In this document: positions 25,059 to 32,583 of the stretch, piece after piece
Layout of the letters: the number at the start of each line of letters is the position of its first letter
Position numbering within the stretch: position 1 is the first letter of the stretch
Assembly: GCA_023267315.1 (NCBI GenBank)
Contig: JAHFNN010000008.1
Location: 1 to 38,670, forward strand
Direction: 5' to 3'
From: Candidatus Nomurabacteria bacterium
GTDB lineage: Bacteria > Patescibacteriota > Minisyncoccia > Phycocordibacterales > UBA9973
DNA: 38,670 nucleotides
The notes under the pieces: generated by a model
The model's database searches: none
Told to the model about the DNA's origin: nothing
What the model saw: the letters and a program-made list of their open reading frames with translations, nothing else
Program-made: the position numbers and the translations under genes

Positions 25059-25405
25059 AAATATATTTCGCCAACACTATTATAGCATTTATTTAGAGGG
25101 TTTTTTAAGTAAAAAACCTATACACAGTTTCTCCACAGGATAACCCACAGATTTGACTTGGTGTCTCTTGTGTCTTGTATATAATTCTATCTGCACGCAC
25201 TTTGAATTGAAAAGAGGGAATAAATCTCTAAGCAATCAGCCGTTCGGCTCTAGGCGCCTACTAAGGACGTTTTGGTCATGTTTACATGTACTGGTGCTAT
25301 CCTCGGTCTTCGTTTTACTTTCGGAGTTTACTTTGAAAGGATTGTTTAGAGATTTATCTTCTCTTTCTCCACAAAATAAAAAATCCCCATATGGGGATTT
25401 TTTAT
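25059..25405 (+). ncRNA. Candidate structured non-coding RNA of unknown class (orphan promoter-to-terminator unit)
   Basis: The 25-nt arm 25213-25237 pairs with 25340-25364, giving 21 Watson-Crick pairs, 3 G-U pairs and 1 mismatch. The G-U pairs work only for a plus-strand RNA. Inner small hairpins include AGCC-GTTC-GGCT at 25238-25249. The unit ends at the 25381-25400 terminator. The only long ORF here (25153..25587) starts at TTG and runs through the terminator. Confidence 0.4.
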
Positions 25406-25408
25406 TTT
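25375..25408. terminator. Bidirectional intrinsic terminator (20-nt perfect palindrome)
   Basis: AAATCCCCATATGGGGATTT at 25381-25400 is flanked by an A-run on one side and a T-run on the other. The pilB stop codon lies at 25410-25412. Confidence 0.85.
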
Positions 25409-25409
25409 T

Positions 25410-27110
25410 TTACTCTTCAGTTAATACCACTACTCCTTCGAGTTCTTCGAGTGAGGTGACACCTTTCATGACTTTAATCACCCCATCTTCTTTCATATCA
25501 AGAATTCCTTGTTTTCTCGCAACACGTTTAATCTCTCGCTCTGATGGATTTTCTGGAATTATTTTTTCAATATTCTCATCAGTATAAATTGCTTCAAATA
25601 CTCCGATCTGGCCTTTATATCCTAAGTTGTTACATTTCTCGCATCCAACTGGTCCCCACATTTCTATTTCCTGATCTTTGTTTACTCCATAAAAAGATAA
25701 ATCTTTACCATCTGCAGCTGCATCATCAAGCACCTTTTTCATGCGTGCGCGTTCTTCATCAGTCGGAACTTTTTTCTGTTTGCAATTTACGCAAAGTTTT
25801 CGCACGAGTCGTTGTGCCATTGAAAGTGAAAGTGCTGAAACAAGAATCTTTGGATTTATTTTAAGTTCAATCAATCGAGGGATCACTCCGGCCGCGTTGT
25901 TGGTATGGAGTGTTGAGAAGAAGAGGTGACCGGTGAGTGCTGATTCCACGGCAATCTTTGCTGTTTCGTCGTCGCGGATTTCTCCCACCATGATTACATC
26001 TGGATCTTGTCGTAACACTGAGCGGAGACCATCCAAGAATGTGTATCCTTTTGTTTCTTCTACTTGCGTCTGAGTAATACCTGCTAAATGATATTCGATT
26101 GGGTCTTCAATGGTGATGATTTTGATTTCTGGAGAATAAATTCGTCGTAAAAAAGCATAGAGTGTCGTGGTTTTACCAGATCCAGTCGGACCAGTCACCA
26201 AGATCATTCCATTTGGTTTCTTAATTTCTCGCTGTATCACTTCGAATAATTTTGGTTCAATACCGAGCTCTTCAAGTTTTACCTTAATTGCTTTTGGATT
26301 CAATATTCGCATGACGATTGACTCACCGTACGCTCCTGGAATGAGAGAGGTACGCATACTAATCTCATCTTCTTTTATAAAAATTGAAAAGCGGCCGTCT
26401 TGTGCATTCTTGTCGGTGGTTATTTTCATTCCTGAGAGGAGTTTGATTCGTGAATCAAGTAAGTGAAATACATCGTGACCGAAGTGCATTACATCTTGTA
26501 GATATCCATCGAGACGGAATCGTAGACGCACATCCTTCTCTTCAGGTTCAATGTGCACATCAGATGCATTGAGTGCGATTGCGCCAGCTAAAATGATTTC
26601 AAGCATACGCGAAATCTTATGCACTTTTTTATCTTGAGCCGCTGCTTCAATAACTTTTTCAACATCTTGAAATGTTTTAATCTGTTCACCGAGGGAAAGT
26701 AGTGTGTCTCCGGAAACATCAAGACCGCCGACACGTGATTGTTCTGCCTGTGAGAGTTCTTTATAACGCTCCCAAACTTTTGCCAAGCTCGCATTCGAAG
26801 CCATGAAAAGAATCGGGGTGTATCCTTTTTCAGTCAGTTCATTTTTGAGTGCCAATACTTCTGGTTGTTCTGGGGCGCGTACTGCGATGTGAATTTTTTT
26901 ACCGAGTATTTTAAATGGAGCGACACCGATTTTTTTGGCGAGTTCTTCTGGTACGACACGCAATGCTTCATTTTCGACGATGACGGTAGAGAGATCCGCG
27001 TAGGGAACACCATACTTTACTTGTGCGAGTGTTGCCACGAGTTCTTCCTCCTCTCTTTTCTTGAAATCTTCAAGTTGTTTCTGCTCTTTTTCTTCATCAA
27101 AGGGGATCAT
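25410..27110 (-). CDS. pilB: GspE/PilB-family type IV pilus or type II secretion assembly ATPase
   Basis: It has an N-terminal T2SSE_N-like domain. Walker A is GPTGSGKTTTLYA. It has Asp/His-box regions and tetracysteine motifs CVNC...CEKC. TATAGT lies 6 nt upstream of the ATG on the minus strand (27117-27122). Confidence 0.92.
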   Translation of the reverse strand: MIPFDEEKEQKQLEDFKKREEEELVATLAQVKYGVPYADLSTVIVENEALRVVPEELAKKIGVAPFKILGKKIHIAVRAPEQPEVLALKNELTEKGYTPILFMASNASLAKVWERYKELSQAEQSRVGGLDVSGDTLLSLGEQIKTFQDVEKVIEAAAQDKKVHKISRMLEIILAGAIALNASDVHIEPEEKDVRLRFRLDGYLQDVMHFGHDVFHLLDSRIKLLSGMKITTDKNAQDGRFSIFIKEDEISMRTSLIPGAYGESIVMRILNPKAIKVKLEELGIEPKLFEVIQREIKKPNGMILVTGPTGSGKTTTLYAFLRRIYSPEIKIITIEDPIEYHLAGITQTQVEETKGYTFLDGLRSVLRQDPDVIMVGEIRDDETAKIAVESALTGHLFFSTLHTNNAAGVIPRLIELKINPKILVSALSLSMAQRLVRKLCVNCKQKKVPTDEERARMKKVLDDAAADGKDLSFYGVNKDQEIEMWGPVGCEKCNNLGYKGQIGVFEAIYTDENIEKIIPENPSEREIKRVARKQGILDMKEDGVIKVMKGVTSLEELEGVVVLTEE

Positions 27111-27203
27111 ATATGCACTATAGTAACTTTTTTTGCTTCTAAAAACAATATTTTTACCTTTATTTTTATGGATTTTAGGCTCATTTGAGGTTTATTGAAG
27201 TAC

Positions 27204-27232
27204 TTGACATTTGTCTCTAAAGATGATATACT
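27204..27232 (+). promoter_or_regulatory. Consensus sigma-70 promoter (TTGACA-17-TATACT)
   Basis: TTGACA lies at 27204-27209, followed by a 17-nt spacer and TATACT at 27227-27232. This places the ORF-track start at 27195 upstream of the transcription start. Confidence 0.7.
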
Positions 27233-27314
27233 ACACACAGTTCTTAACATAATGTTATTTTCCCGGCTGCCGCCTGGAAATCTATATACTGACAAACCTT
27301 TAAACCGTAACGAA

Positions 27315-28982
27315 ATGAAAAAGTACATTATTCTGTTCATTAACATGCTCCTGCTACATGCTGGAGCTCAAGCGCAATTAACTAGAAGCGAAGCTTCAGG
27401 GGTTGCTAACTATTTACCACATGCTGACTTATCAGTGATGGGCCATGGATTTTTTGACAAGAGGGAACACTCCATCAAGGAGATCTTTACTGCCGAAGAA
27501 AAAATGCGTCTCAACAATGATGCATCAGCACTGCTTGTAGATAAAGCTGGTGTGCGTGTACCACAACGTTTGTATGAAGATGCAAATGTTGCCATTCTTA
27601 ATTTTTACTTTGATTTTTATCAAGTAAAAATGACTGATGGATCACAGTTCCATGTTACCAGCAAGAATATCTCTCGGATGACTAGTGCAAGTACTATTAA
27701 AACCTTAAATGTTGATTCAGTTCTTACTACAAGAGTAAGTCCTGACATGAACAAGGTTGAATGGTATGTACGTGCAATTCGTCCAGGTGAGAAATTCTTA
27801 GCATTAGACCTTTCGAGGCTTCCAGAAGTTTCGGGTACCTATCCGATAATTTATTGGAAATCAAATCTCTGTGTTAATCCTAATGTTCCACTCCTTCAGA
27901 GTGAACGGATAGAAGAGAAACGCAGTGATGCTGATGAAGGTGGTAGAGAAATTACCCCAGAGGAACAACCAGAAGAACAAAGGCAAGAAAAAGTTATTGA
28001 AAAAGTGTATGAATATGAATACATCAATGACTATTACACTCCTGGGTATCTTCCAATTGTTTCATACATGCCGTCCGTATCTTACGGAGTTGGTATGTAC
28101 ATGGCTCCGATGATTCAAGAATCACAACCATGCTGCTGTGGTGGTTCGACTATTGTTAACAATAATTCGTATGTAAACAATACGACGATTGTTAATCCAA
28201 GACCTGATCCAAATCCCAAACCAAAAGATGATGGTGGTCCTACAAAAGGCCCAAACGGTGACGGAGGTCCCGTAAAAGGTCCCAATGGTGGAACAAGTCT
28301 TACTGATGGAACTGGTGATAAGGGAAGCAACGGCCAAGGCGATGGTGGTCCAAACAAGGGTGGTAATCGTATGTCCGATCCATCCAAGGGAGGAAATGAT
28401 TATCGCAGTGGACGTACTGCTCAAGTACAAGGAACTACTGATGCCACTAAACAGGCACGCACAAATTCCAGTACTGATGAGTATCGTCACCCAGACCGTA
28501 CTGCGATGACTCGTGCAAACGATAAAACCCAAATGCAGCCCACTAGAAATAATGGAGCACAAGGGTCAAATCGTACCGAACAACAAAATTCTGGTACACG
28601 TAGTTATCACAGCCCCGCAAATCAGCCTGGTAGAAGTACTTCCGCAAATGGTAATCTGAACAATCAACGTCCTCAGTCAAATCGTGAATATCATGCAGCA
28701 GGAAATCGTAACCAATCGAATCCAAGTTATGGTCAACAACAACGACCACAACAGTATGATATGAACAGACAACAGAGCGGCGGAGGAAGCAGACAGCCAA
28801 ATTATGCTGGTCGTATGAATCAACCAACCCCATACAATCGTCCGTCGATGAATAATAATTCAGCGCCGCGCGTAAGCAATGTGGGTATGAGATCTCCATC
28901 TATGGGTGCTCCGTCTATGTCTCGTCCAGTAATGGCTCAGGCTATGGGTGCGCCTAGTGGTGGACAAAGAAGAGGTAGGTAA
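27315..28982 (+). CDS. Secreted protein: ~220-aa folded N-domain, acidic linker, Tyr-rich/CCC segment and ~330-aa basic N/Q/G/S/P/R-rich disordered tail
   Basis: ATG 27315 gives the signal peptide MKKYIILFINMLLLHAGAQAQ. The protein contains EEKRSDADEGGREITPEEQPEEQRQEK, YEYEYINDYYTPGY and PCCCGG. It has repeats of the form GGPTKGPNGDGGPVKGPNG...GDGGPNKGGN. The tail ends ...GAPSGGQRRGR. Confidence 0.65.
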   Translation: MKKYIILFINMLLLHAGAQAQLTRSEASGVANYLPHADLSVMGHGFFDKREHSIKEIFTAEEKMRLNNDASALLVDKAGVRVPQRLYEDANVAILNFYFDFYQVKMTDGSQFHVTSKNISRMTSASTIKTLNVDSVLTTRVSPDMNKVEWYVRAIRPGEKFLALDLSRLPEVSGTYPIIYWKSNLCVNPNVPLLQSERIEEKRSDADEGGREITPEEQPEEQRQEKVIEKVYEYEYINDYYTPGYLPIVSYMPSVSYGVGMYMAPMIQESQPCCCGGSTIVNNNSYVNNTTIVNPRPDPNPKPKDDGGPTKGPNGDGGPVKGPNGGTSLTDGTGDKGSNGQGDGGPNKGGNRMSDPSKGGNDYRSGRTAQVQGTTDATKQARTNSSTDEYRHPDRTAMTRANDKTQMQPTRNNGAQGSNRTEQQNSGTRSYHSPANQPGRSTSANGNLNNQRPQSNREYHAAGNRNQSNPSYGQQQRPQQYDMNRQQSGGGSRQPNYAGRMNQPTPYNRPSMNNNSAPRVSNVGMRSPSMGAPSMSRPVMAQAMGAPSGGQRRGR

Positions 28983-29152
28983 TTATTGCGCTTGGTAAGT
29001 AATCAACAAATATGGCGGGTTTCAGTAACAGGAATGTTACCCCCGCTATATCTTTAAAGCTCGTCATTTTAATAGAGAAGAATCGTCTACGTAAGTAGAA
29101 TGAACGATTCTCCAATGGTTGGCTTTAACGGTATAGAGTTACATAGAAGTCC

Positions 29153-29181
29153 TTGACTTATATGTCTTAGTATGATATAAT
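29153..29181 (+). promoter_or_regulatory. Near-consensus sigma-70 promoter (TTGACT-17-TATAAT)
   Basis: TTGACT lies at 29153-29158, followed by a 17-nt spacer and TATAAT at 29176-29181. The ATG is 28 nt downstream. Confidence 0.7.
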
Positions 29182-29209
29182 AGCAAAGTTAATAAATAAT
29201 CACACATAT

Positions 29210-31702
29210 ATGAAAAATACAGCAAAAATAATTATGTTCGGTGCCGCATTCTTCATCGCAAGCTTTTTTGCGTACGGAAGTCATGCACAAGCAAGCACTG
29301 TTTTTAATACGAATTCAAAAGACTATGCAACAGTCGAAGTTTCTAACTACACACAGAATCCTGGGTGTACTTCATGTTGGAGTTCTTCAGTTAATGCAAA
29401 CCCTGGAGACGTTGTCTCTGTGGAAATTTATTATCACAATACTGGAAGTGAAGCAGCACAGAATACACTCATCAAGCTTTCTCCACAATCAACCGGCCAG
29501 GTAAATTCTCAAACATTTTCAGGCGGAGTTGTTGCTAATAATGCAGGTTACGTTTCTGGATCTGCGACAATCAATCTTTCAAGTCCACAAACATTTACAT
29601 ATATTCCAGGCACCACACGTTGGTACGCTGACAATCAAAATTCTTCAGCAAGTACACTCTTGAGTGGCCAGAATGGTTCTGAGGCATTCAGTGGTGGATT
29701 GAGTCTTGGTACAATCGGATCAGTCCTCGATTGTCCAAATACAAATTCATTTTGTCATCAAGGAGTTGTTGTCTTTCGTTTCCAAGTGGGTGTTACACAA
29801 GCACCACAGCCATGTGTGATCAATAGCTTTACTGCAAATGGATCTACTGGTTCAACAACTATCTCACAGGGAAGTGCTGCAACACTTGCATGGTCAACAT
29901 CGAATTGTACCGCAGCAACTATTTCTCCATATATTGGTACGGTTGTAACGAACGGCACGGTAAGTACTGGTTCGCTTTCAAATTCTGTAACCTATATTCT
30001 TTCAGCTACTGGAAATACTGGTAGTCCAACAAGCCAGGTGACGGTATATACGAATCAAGTTCAACAACAGCCATGTGTGATCAATAGCTTTACTGCATCA
30101 CCATCATCTATTGCTCAATACTCATCATCAACACTTGCATGGTCAACATCTAATTGTACCTCTGCATCGATCTCAAATATCGGTGTTGTAAATACCAGTG
30201 GTAGTACTTCAACTGGTTCACTTTCAAACACGATGACCTACACACTGACGGCTTCTGGAAATTCTGGAAACCCATCAAGTCAGGTGACTGTATCTGTGAA
30301 TCAAATACAGCAGCAGTACTGTACTATCAATAGTTTCTACGCATCACCATCATCAATCAATCAGTATGATTCCGCTACGCTATACTGGTCTACCAATAAT
30401 TGTACTTCTGCATCAATCTCAAACATTGGTACAGTAAATACCAACGGTAGTACTTCAACTGGTTCACTTTCAAACACGATGACGTATACGCTTACTGCGT
30501 ACGGACAAAACGGTAATCCGTCTTCATCAACTACGGTATATGTAAACCAAAATCAACAGCAAAATTATTGTACAATCAATAGTTTCTACGCATCACCATC
30601 ATCACTCAGTCAGCCAGGGTACTCAACACTGTACTGGTCTACAAACAACTGTACTTCAGTTTCAATTTCAAACGTTGGTTCTGTAAATACAAATGGTAGC
30701 GTTTCAACTGGATATATTTCAAATACCACCACATTCATGTTGACTGCGTATGGTAATAACGGAACACAGAATAGTTCTACGACTGTTTCAGTAAATAATG
30801 TAAATGTTGGGAACTTGAGTGTCGCGACAACAGTTGCTACCTCAATCACCAAGTCATCTGCTCGTATTCATGGTCTTGTAACCAATTCAACAAACCAGAA
30901 TGCAACAGGATGGTTTGAATATGGAACCTCAACTGGTCTTGGTCTTACGACTAATACACAATCACTTGGCTCAACGAGTTCACTTGATATGGGGCAAAAT
31001 ATCAATGGTCTCACATCTAATACAACCTATTATTTCCGAGCAGTGGCGCAAGGATACAATGGCAGTATTGTTCGCGGAAACATTGAAAGCTTTACGACAC
31101 TTGAACCATCATCAAACATTGTGTACGTCACTAACAACAACACTACGGTAAATGGTGGGGGAGCGCAGTCACTCGTAGCGCTTACGATTACAACTCCATT
31201 CTCAACTGTTCGCCCTGGTGATAGTGTCTCTTATATTGTTACCTACACAAACATTTCAAAAACAATTCTTTCAAATACGGTGCTTAATGTGAAGTTGCCA
31301 CAGGCAGTAGATTTCACTGGTTCATCAGCTGGTCTCTTCTCAAATGATGATCATTCATTGACCTGGACGATTGGAACATTAAATCCAAAAGATACTGGTA
31401 CAGTGACTATTCAAGGAATGGTTAATAACAAAGGCGAAAATCACGACACATTAATTACTACTGCAACATTGACTTACACACTTCCTGGTGGAGCTCAAGA
31501 TACTGCAATTGCGTACGCAACTCAGACAGTAAATAATGGTAGTGTGCTTGGAGCATTTGCGCTCGGTGCTGGATTTTTCCCAGGACTACTTCTTATCTTG
31601 CTCATCATCCTCATCATTATCTTGCTCATGTACTTTACCCGACGCCGATACGCAGCAGATCAGCATCATAGTGGTCCACCGATGCCACCACCGCATCATT
31701 AA
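29210..31702 (+). CDS. Large surface protein or adhesin: signal peptide, CARDB/DUF11-like domain, four tandem two-Cys Ig-like repeats, FN3-like domain, DUF11-like domain and a C-terminal TM anchor
   Basis: The signal peptide is MKNTAKIIMFGAAFFIASFFAYGSHAQA. The repeats have the form C(V/T)INSF.A...TL.WST.NCT...ISN.G.VNT.GS.STG. The FN3-like segment is GWFEYGTSTGLG...TTYYFRAVAQ. The DUF11-like segment is VRPGDSVSYIVTYTN...LTWTIGTLNPKDTGTVT. The C-terminus is GFFPGLLLILLIILIIILLMYFTRRRY followed by HHSGPPMPPPHH. Confidence 0.75.
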   Translation: MKNTAKIIMFGAAFFIASFFAYGSHAQASTVFNTNSKDYATVEVSNYTQNPGCTSCWSSSVNANPGDVVSVEIYYHNTGSEAAQNTLIKLSPQSTGQVNSQTFSGGVVANNAGYVSGSATINLSSPQTFTYIPGTTRWYADNQNSSASTLLSGQNGSEAFSGGLSLGTIGSVLDCPNTNSFCHQGVVVFRFQVGVTQAPQPCVINSFTANGSTGSTTISQGSAATLAWSTSNCTAATISPYIGTVVTNGTVSTGSLSNSVTYILSATGNTGSPTSQVTVYTNQVQQQPCVINSFTASPSSIAQYSSSTLAWSTSNCTSASISNIGVVNTSGSTSTGSLSNTMTYTLTASGNSGNPSSQVTVSVNQIQQQYCTINSFYASPSSINQYDSATLYWSTNNCTSASISNIGTVNTNGSTSTGSLSNTMTYTLTAYGQNGNPSSSTTVYVNQNQQQNYCTINSFYASPSSLSQPGYSTLYWSTNNCTSVSISNVGSVNTNGSVSTGYISNTTTFMLTAYGNNGTQNSSTTVSVNNVNVGNLSVATTVATSITKSSARIHGLVTNSTNQNATGWFEYGTSTGLGLTTNTQSLGSTSSLDMGQNINGLTSNTTYYFRAVAQGYNGSIVRGNIESFTTLEPSSNIVYVTNNNTTVNGGGAQSLVALTITTPFSTVRPGDSVSYIVTYTNISKTILSNTVLNVKLPQAVDFTGSSAGLFSNDDHSLTWTIGTLNPKDTGTVTIQGMVNNKGENHDTLITTATLTYTLPGGAQDTAIAYATQTVNNGSVLGAFALGAGFFPGLLLILLIILIIILLMYFTRRRYAADQHHSGPPMPPPHH
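29807..30799 (+). repeat. Four tandem coding repeats of 246-261 bp (82-87 aa)
   Basis: Unit starts fall near 29807, 30068, 30314 and 30563. Shared strings include CAGCCATGTGTGATCAATAGCTTTACTGCA in units 1-2 and ATCAATAGTTTCTACGCATCACCATCATCA in units 3-4. Confidence 0.85.
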
Positions 31703-31736
31703 TTAATTACATAATGCCTATGTAGCGCAGTCGCTC

Positions 31737-31775
31737 AAAACCTCGAGACTTTAAATCTCGGGGTTTTGTTATTTT
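31737..31775 (+). terminator. Intrinsic terminator after the adhesin gene
   Basis: AAAACCTCGAGA-(7-nt loop)-TCTCGGGGTTTT forms a 12-bp stem with one U-G pair. GTTATTTTT follows. Confidence 0.7.
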
Positions 31776-31798
31776 TGAGTTTGTGATAAATTCACTCC

Positions 31799-32236
31799 AT
31801 GAGAAAAGAATTTACTCAAAAAGAAATAGAAACTGTTGCGAAAGAAGTGCTTTCGTTGATTGATTCACAAAAAACGGGTACAGGCGCAACAGTGGTTGCG
31901 CTCTCGGGAGATCTGGGGGCAGGAAAGACAACCCTAACTCAGAATATCGCAGGGTTGCTTGGGGTTGCTGAAAATGTCATTTCACCCACGTTTGTACTCA
32001 TGAAGCAATACAAAATAGAGCATATCCGATACAAAGTACTTGTGCATATTGATGCCTATCGATTTGATCATTCGAATGAATTACTTAAACTGGGGTGGAA
32101 TGAGTTACTCTCAAACCCTAAAAATTTGGTATTGATTGAGTGGCCAGAACGGGTGGCGGATATCATACCTGTTGATGCGATTCGGCTCACTCTTTCCCAT
32201 AAAGACGAAGAAACACGTTCCATTGACATTTTGTAG
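31799..32236 (+). CDS. tsaE: tRNA threonylcarbamoyladenosine biosynthesis ATPase TsaE
   Basis: The P-loop is LSGDLGAGKTTLTQ, followed by SPTFVLMKQY...HIDAYR...EWPE. Confidence 0.88.
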   Translation: MRKEFTQKEIETVAKEVLSLIDSQKTGTGATVVALSGDLGAGKTTLTQNIAGLLGVAENVISPTFVLMKQYKIEHIRYKVLVHIDAYRFDHSNELLKLGWNELLSNPKNLVLIEWPERVADIIPVDAIRLTLSHKDEETRSIDIL

Positions 32237-32282
32237 TTAAAGAGTAGAGTTTAGAAAAATTCAACCATAAAATTCTTTAAAG

Positions 32283-32507
32283 ATGAAAACTTGTATTTCA
32301 GTAATAATGAATAGGATAAAAAAATTTCCTAATCCAATTTTAGATACTCACTTTTATGCGATGCCTGTCGCTTTCATTACTTGCATATCACTTATTGCAA
32401 CACTCTTTTTCGAGGCTCAGAAAGTTTTTTGGATGAGCACGCTGTCTCTACTTATTTGTATAGTGGGCGCATTCTATATGGCAATGGCGTTTTTAGCGGA
32501 TATCTAA
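32283..32507 (+). CDS. Small two-TM membrane protein, hypothetical
   Basis: It is 74 aa with two hydrophobic helices (MPVAFITCISLIATLFF, LSLLICIVGAFYMAMAFL). A hairpin AACCGCC-N8-GGCGGTT follows at 32531-32552. Confidence 0.4.
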   Translation: MKTCISVIMNRIKKFPNPILDTHFYAMPVAFITCISLIATLFFEAQKVFWMSTLSLLICIVGAFYMAMAFLADI

Positions 32508-32567
32508 AATATTAAAATTAATTGAAAAATAACCGCCCCCTAAAAGGCGGTTTAACTTTGCCTGAGG

Positions 32568-32576
32568 TGCTATAAT
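32568..32576 (+). promoter_or_regulatory. Extended -10 element (TGcTATAAT), 7 nt upstream of the polA ATG
   Basis: tgctataat spans 32568-32576, followed by cagtcta and then ATG 32584. No SD is present. Confidence 0.45.
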
Positions 32577-32583
32577 CAGTCTA

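Noticed and set aside
25153-25587. 144-aa plus-strand ORF across the ruvB-pilB intergenic region
   Set aside because: It starts at TTG, has low-complexity sequence, runs straight through the 25381-25400 terminator and then lies antisense to pilB. The region is better explained as a structured RNA.
28115-28899. Minus-strand ORFs of 90-146 aa antisense to the disordered tail of the 27315..28982 gene
   Set aside because: This is the same compositional artefact. The plus-strand gene has a consensus promoter and a signal peptide.
29807-30799. Possible CRISPR array or other non-coding tandem repeat
   Set aside because: The units are 246-261 bp, in frame and encode homologous two-Cys protein domains. 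There is no short repeat-spacer periodicity anywhere in the window.
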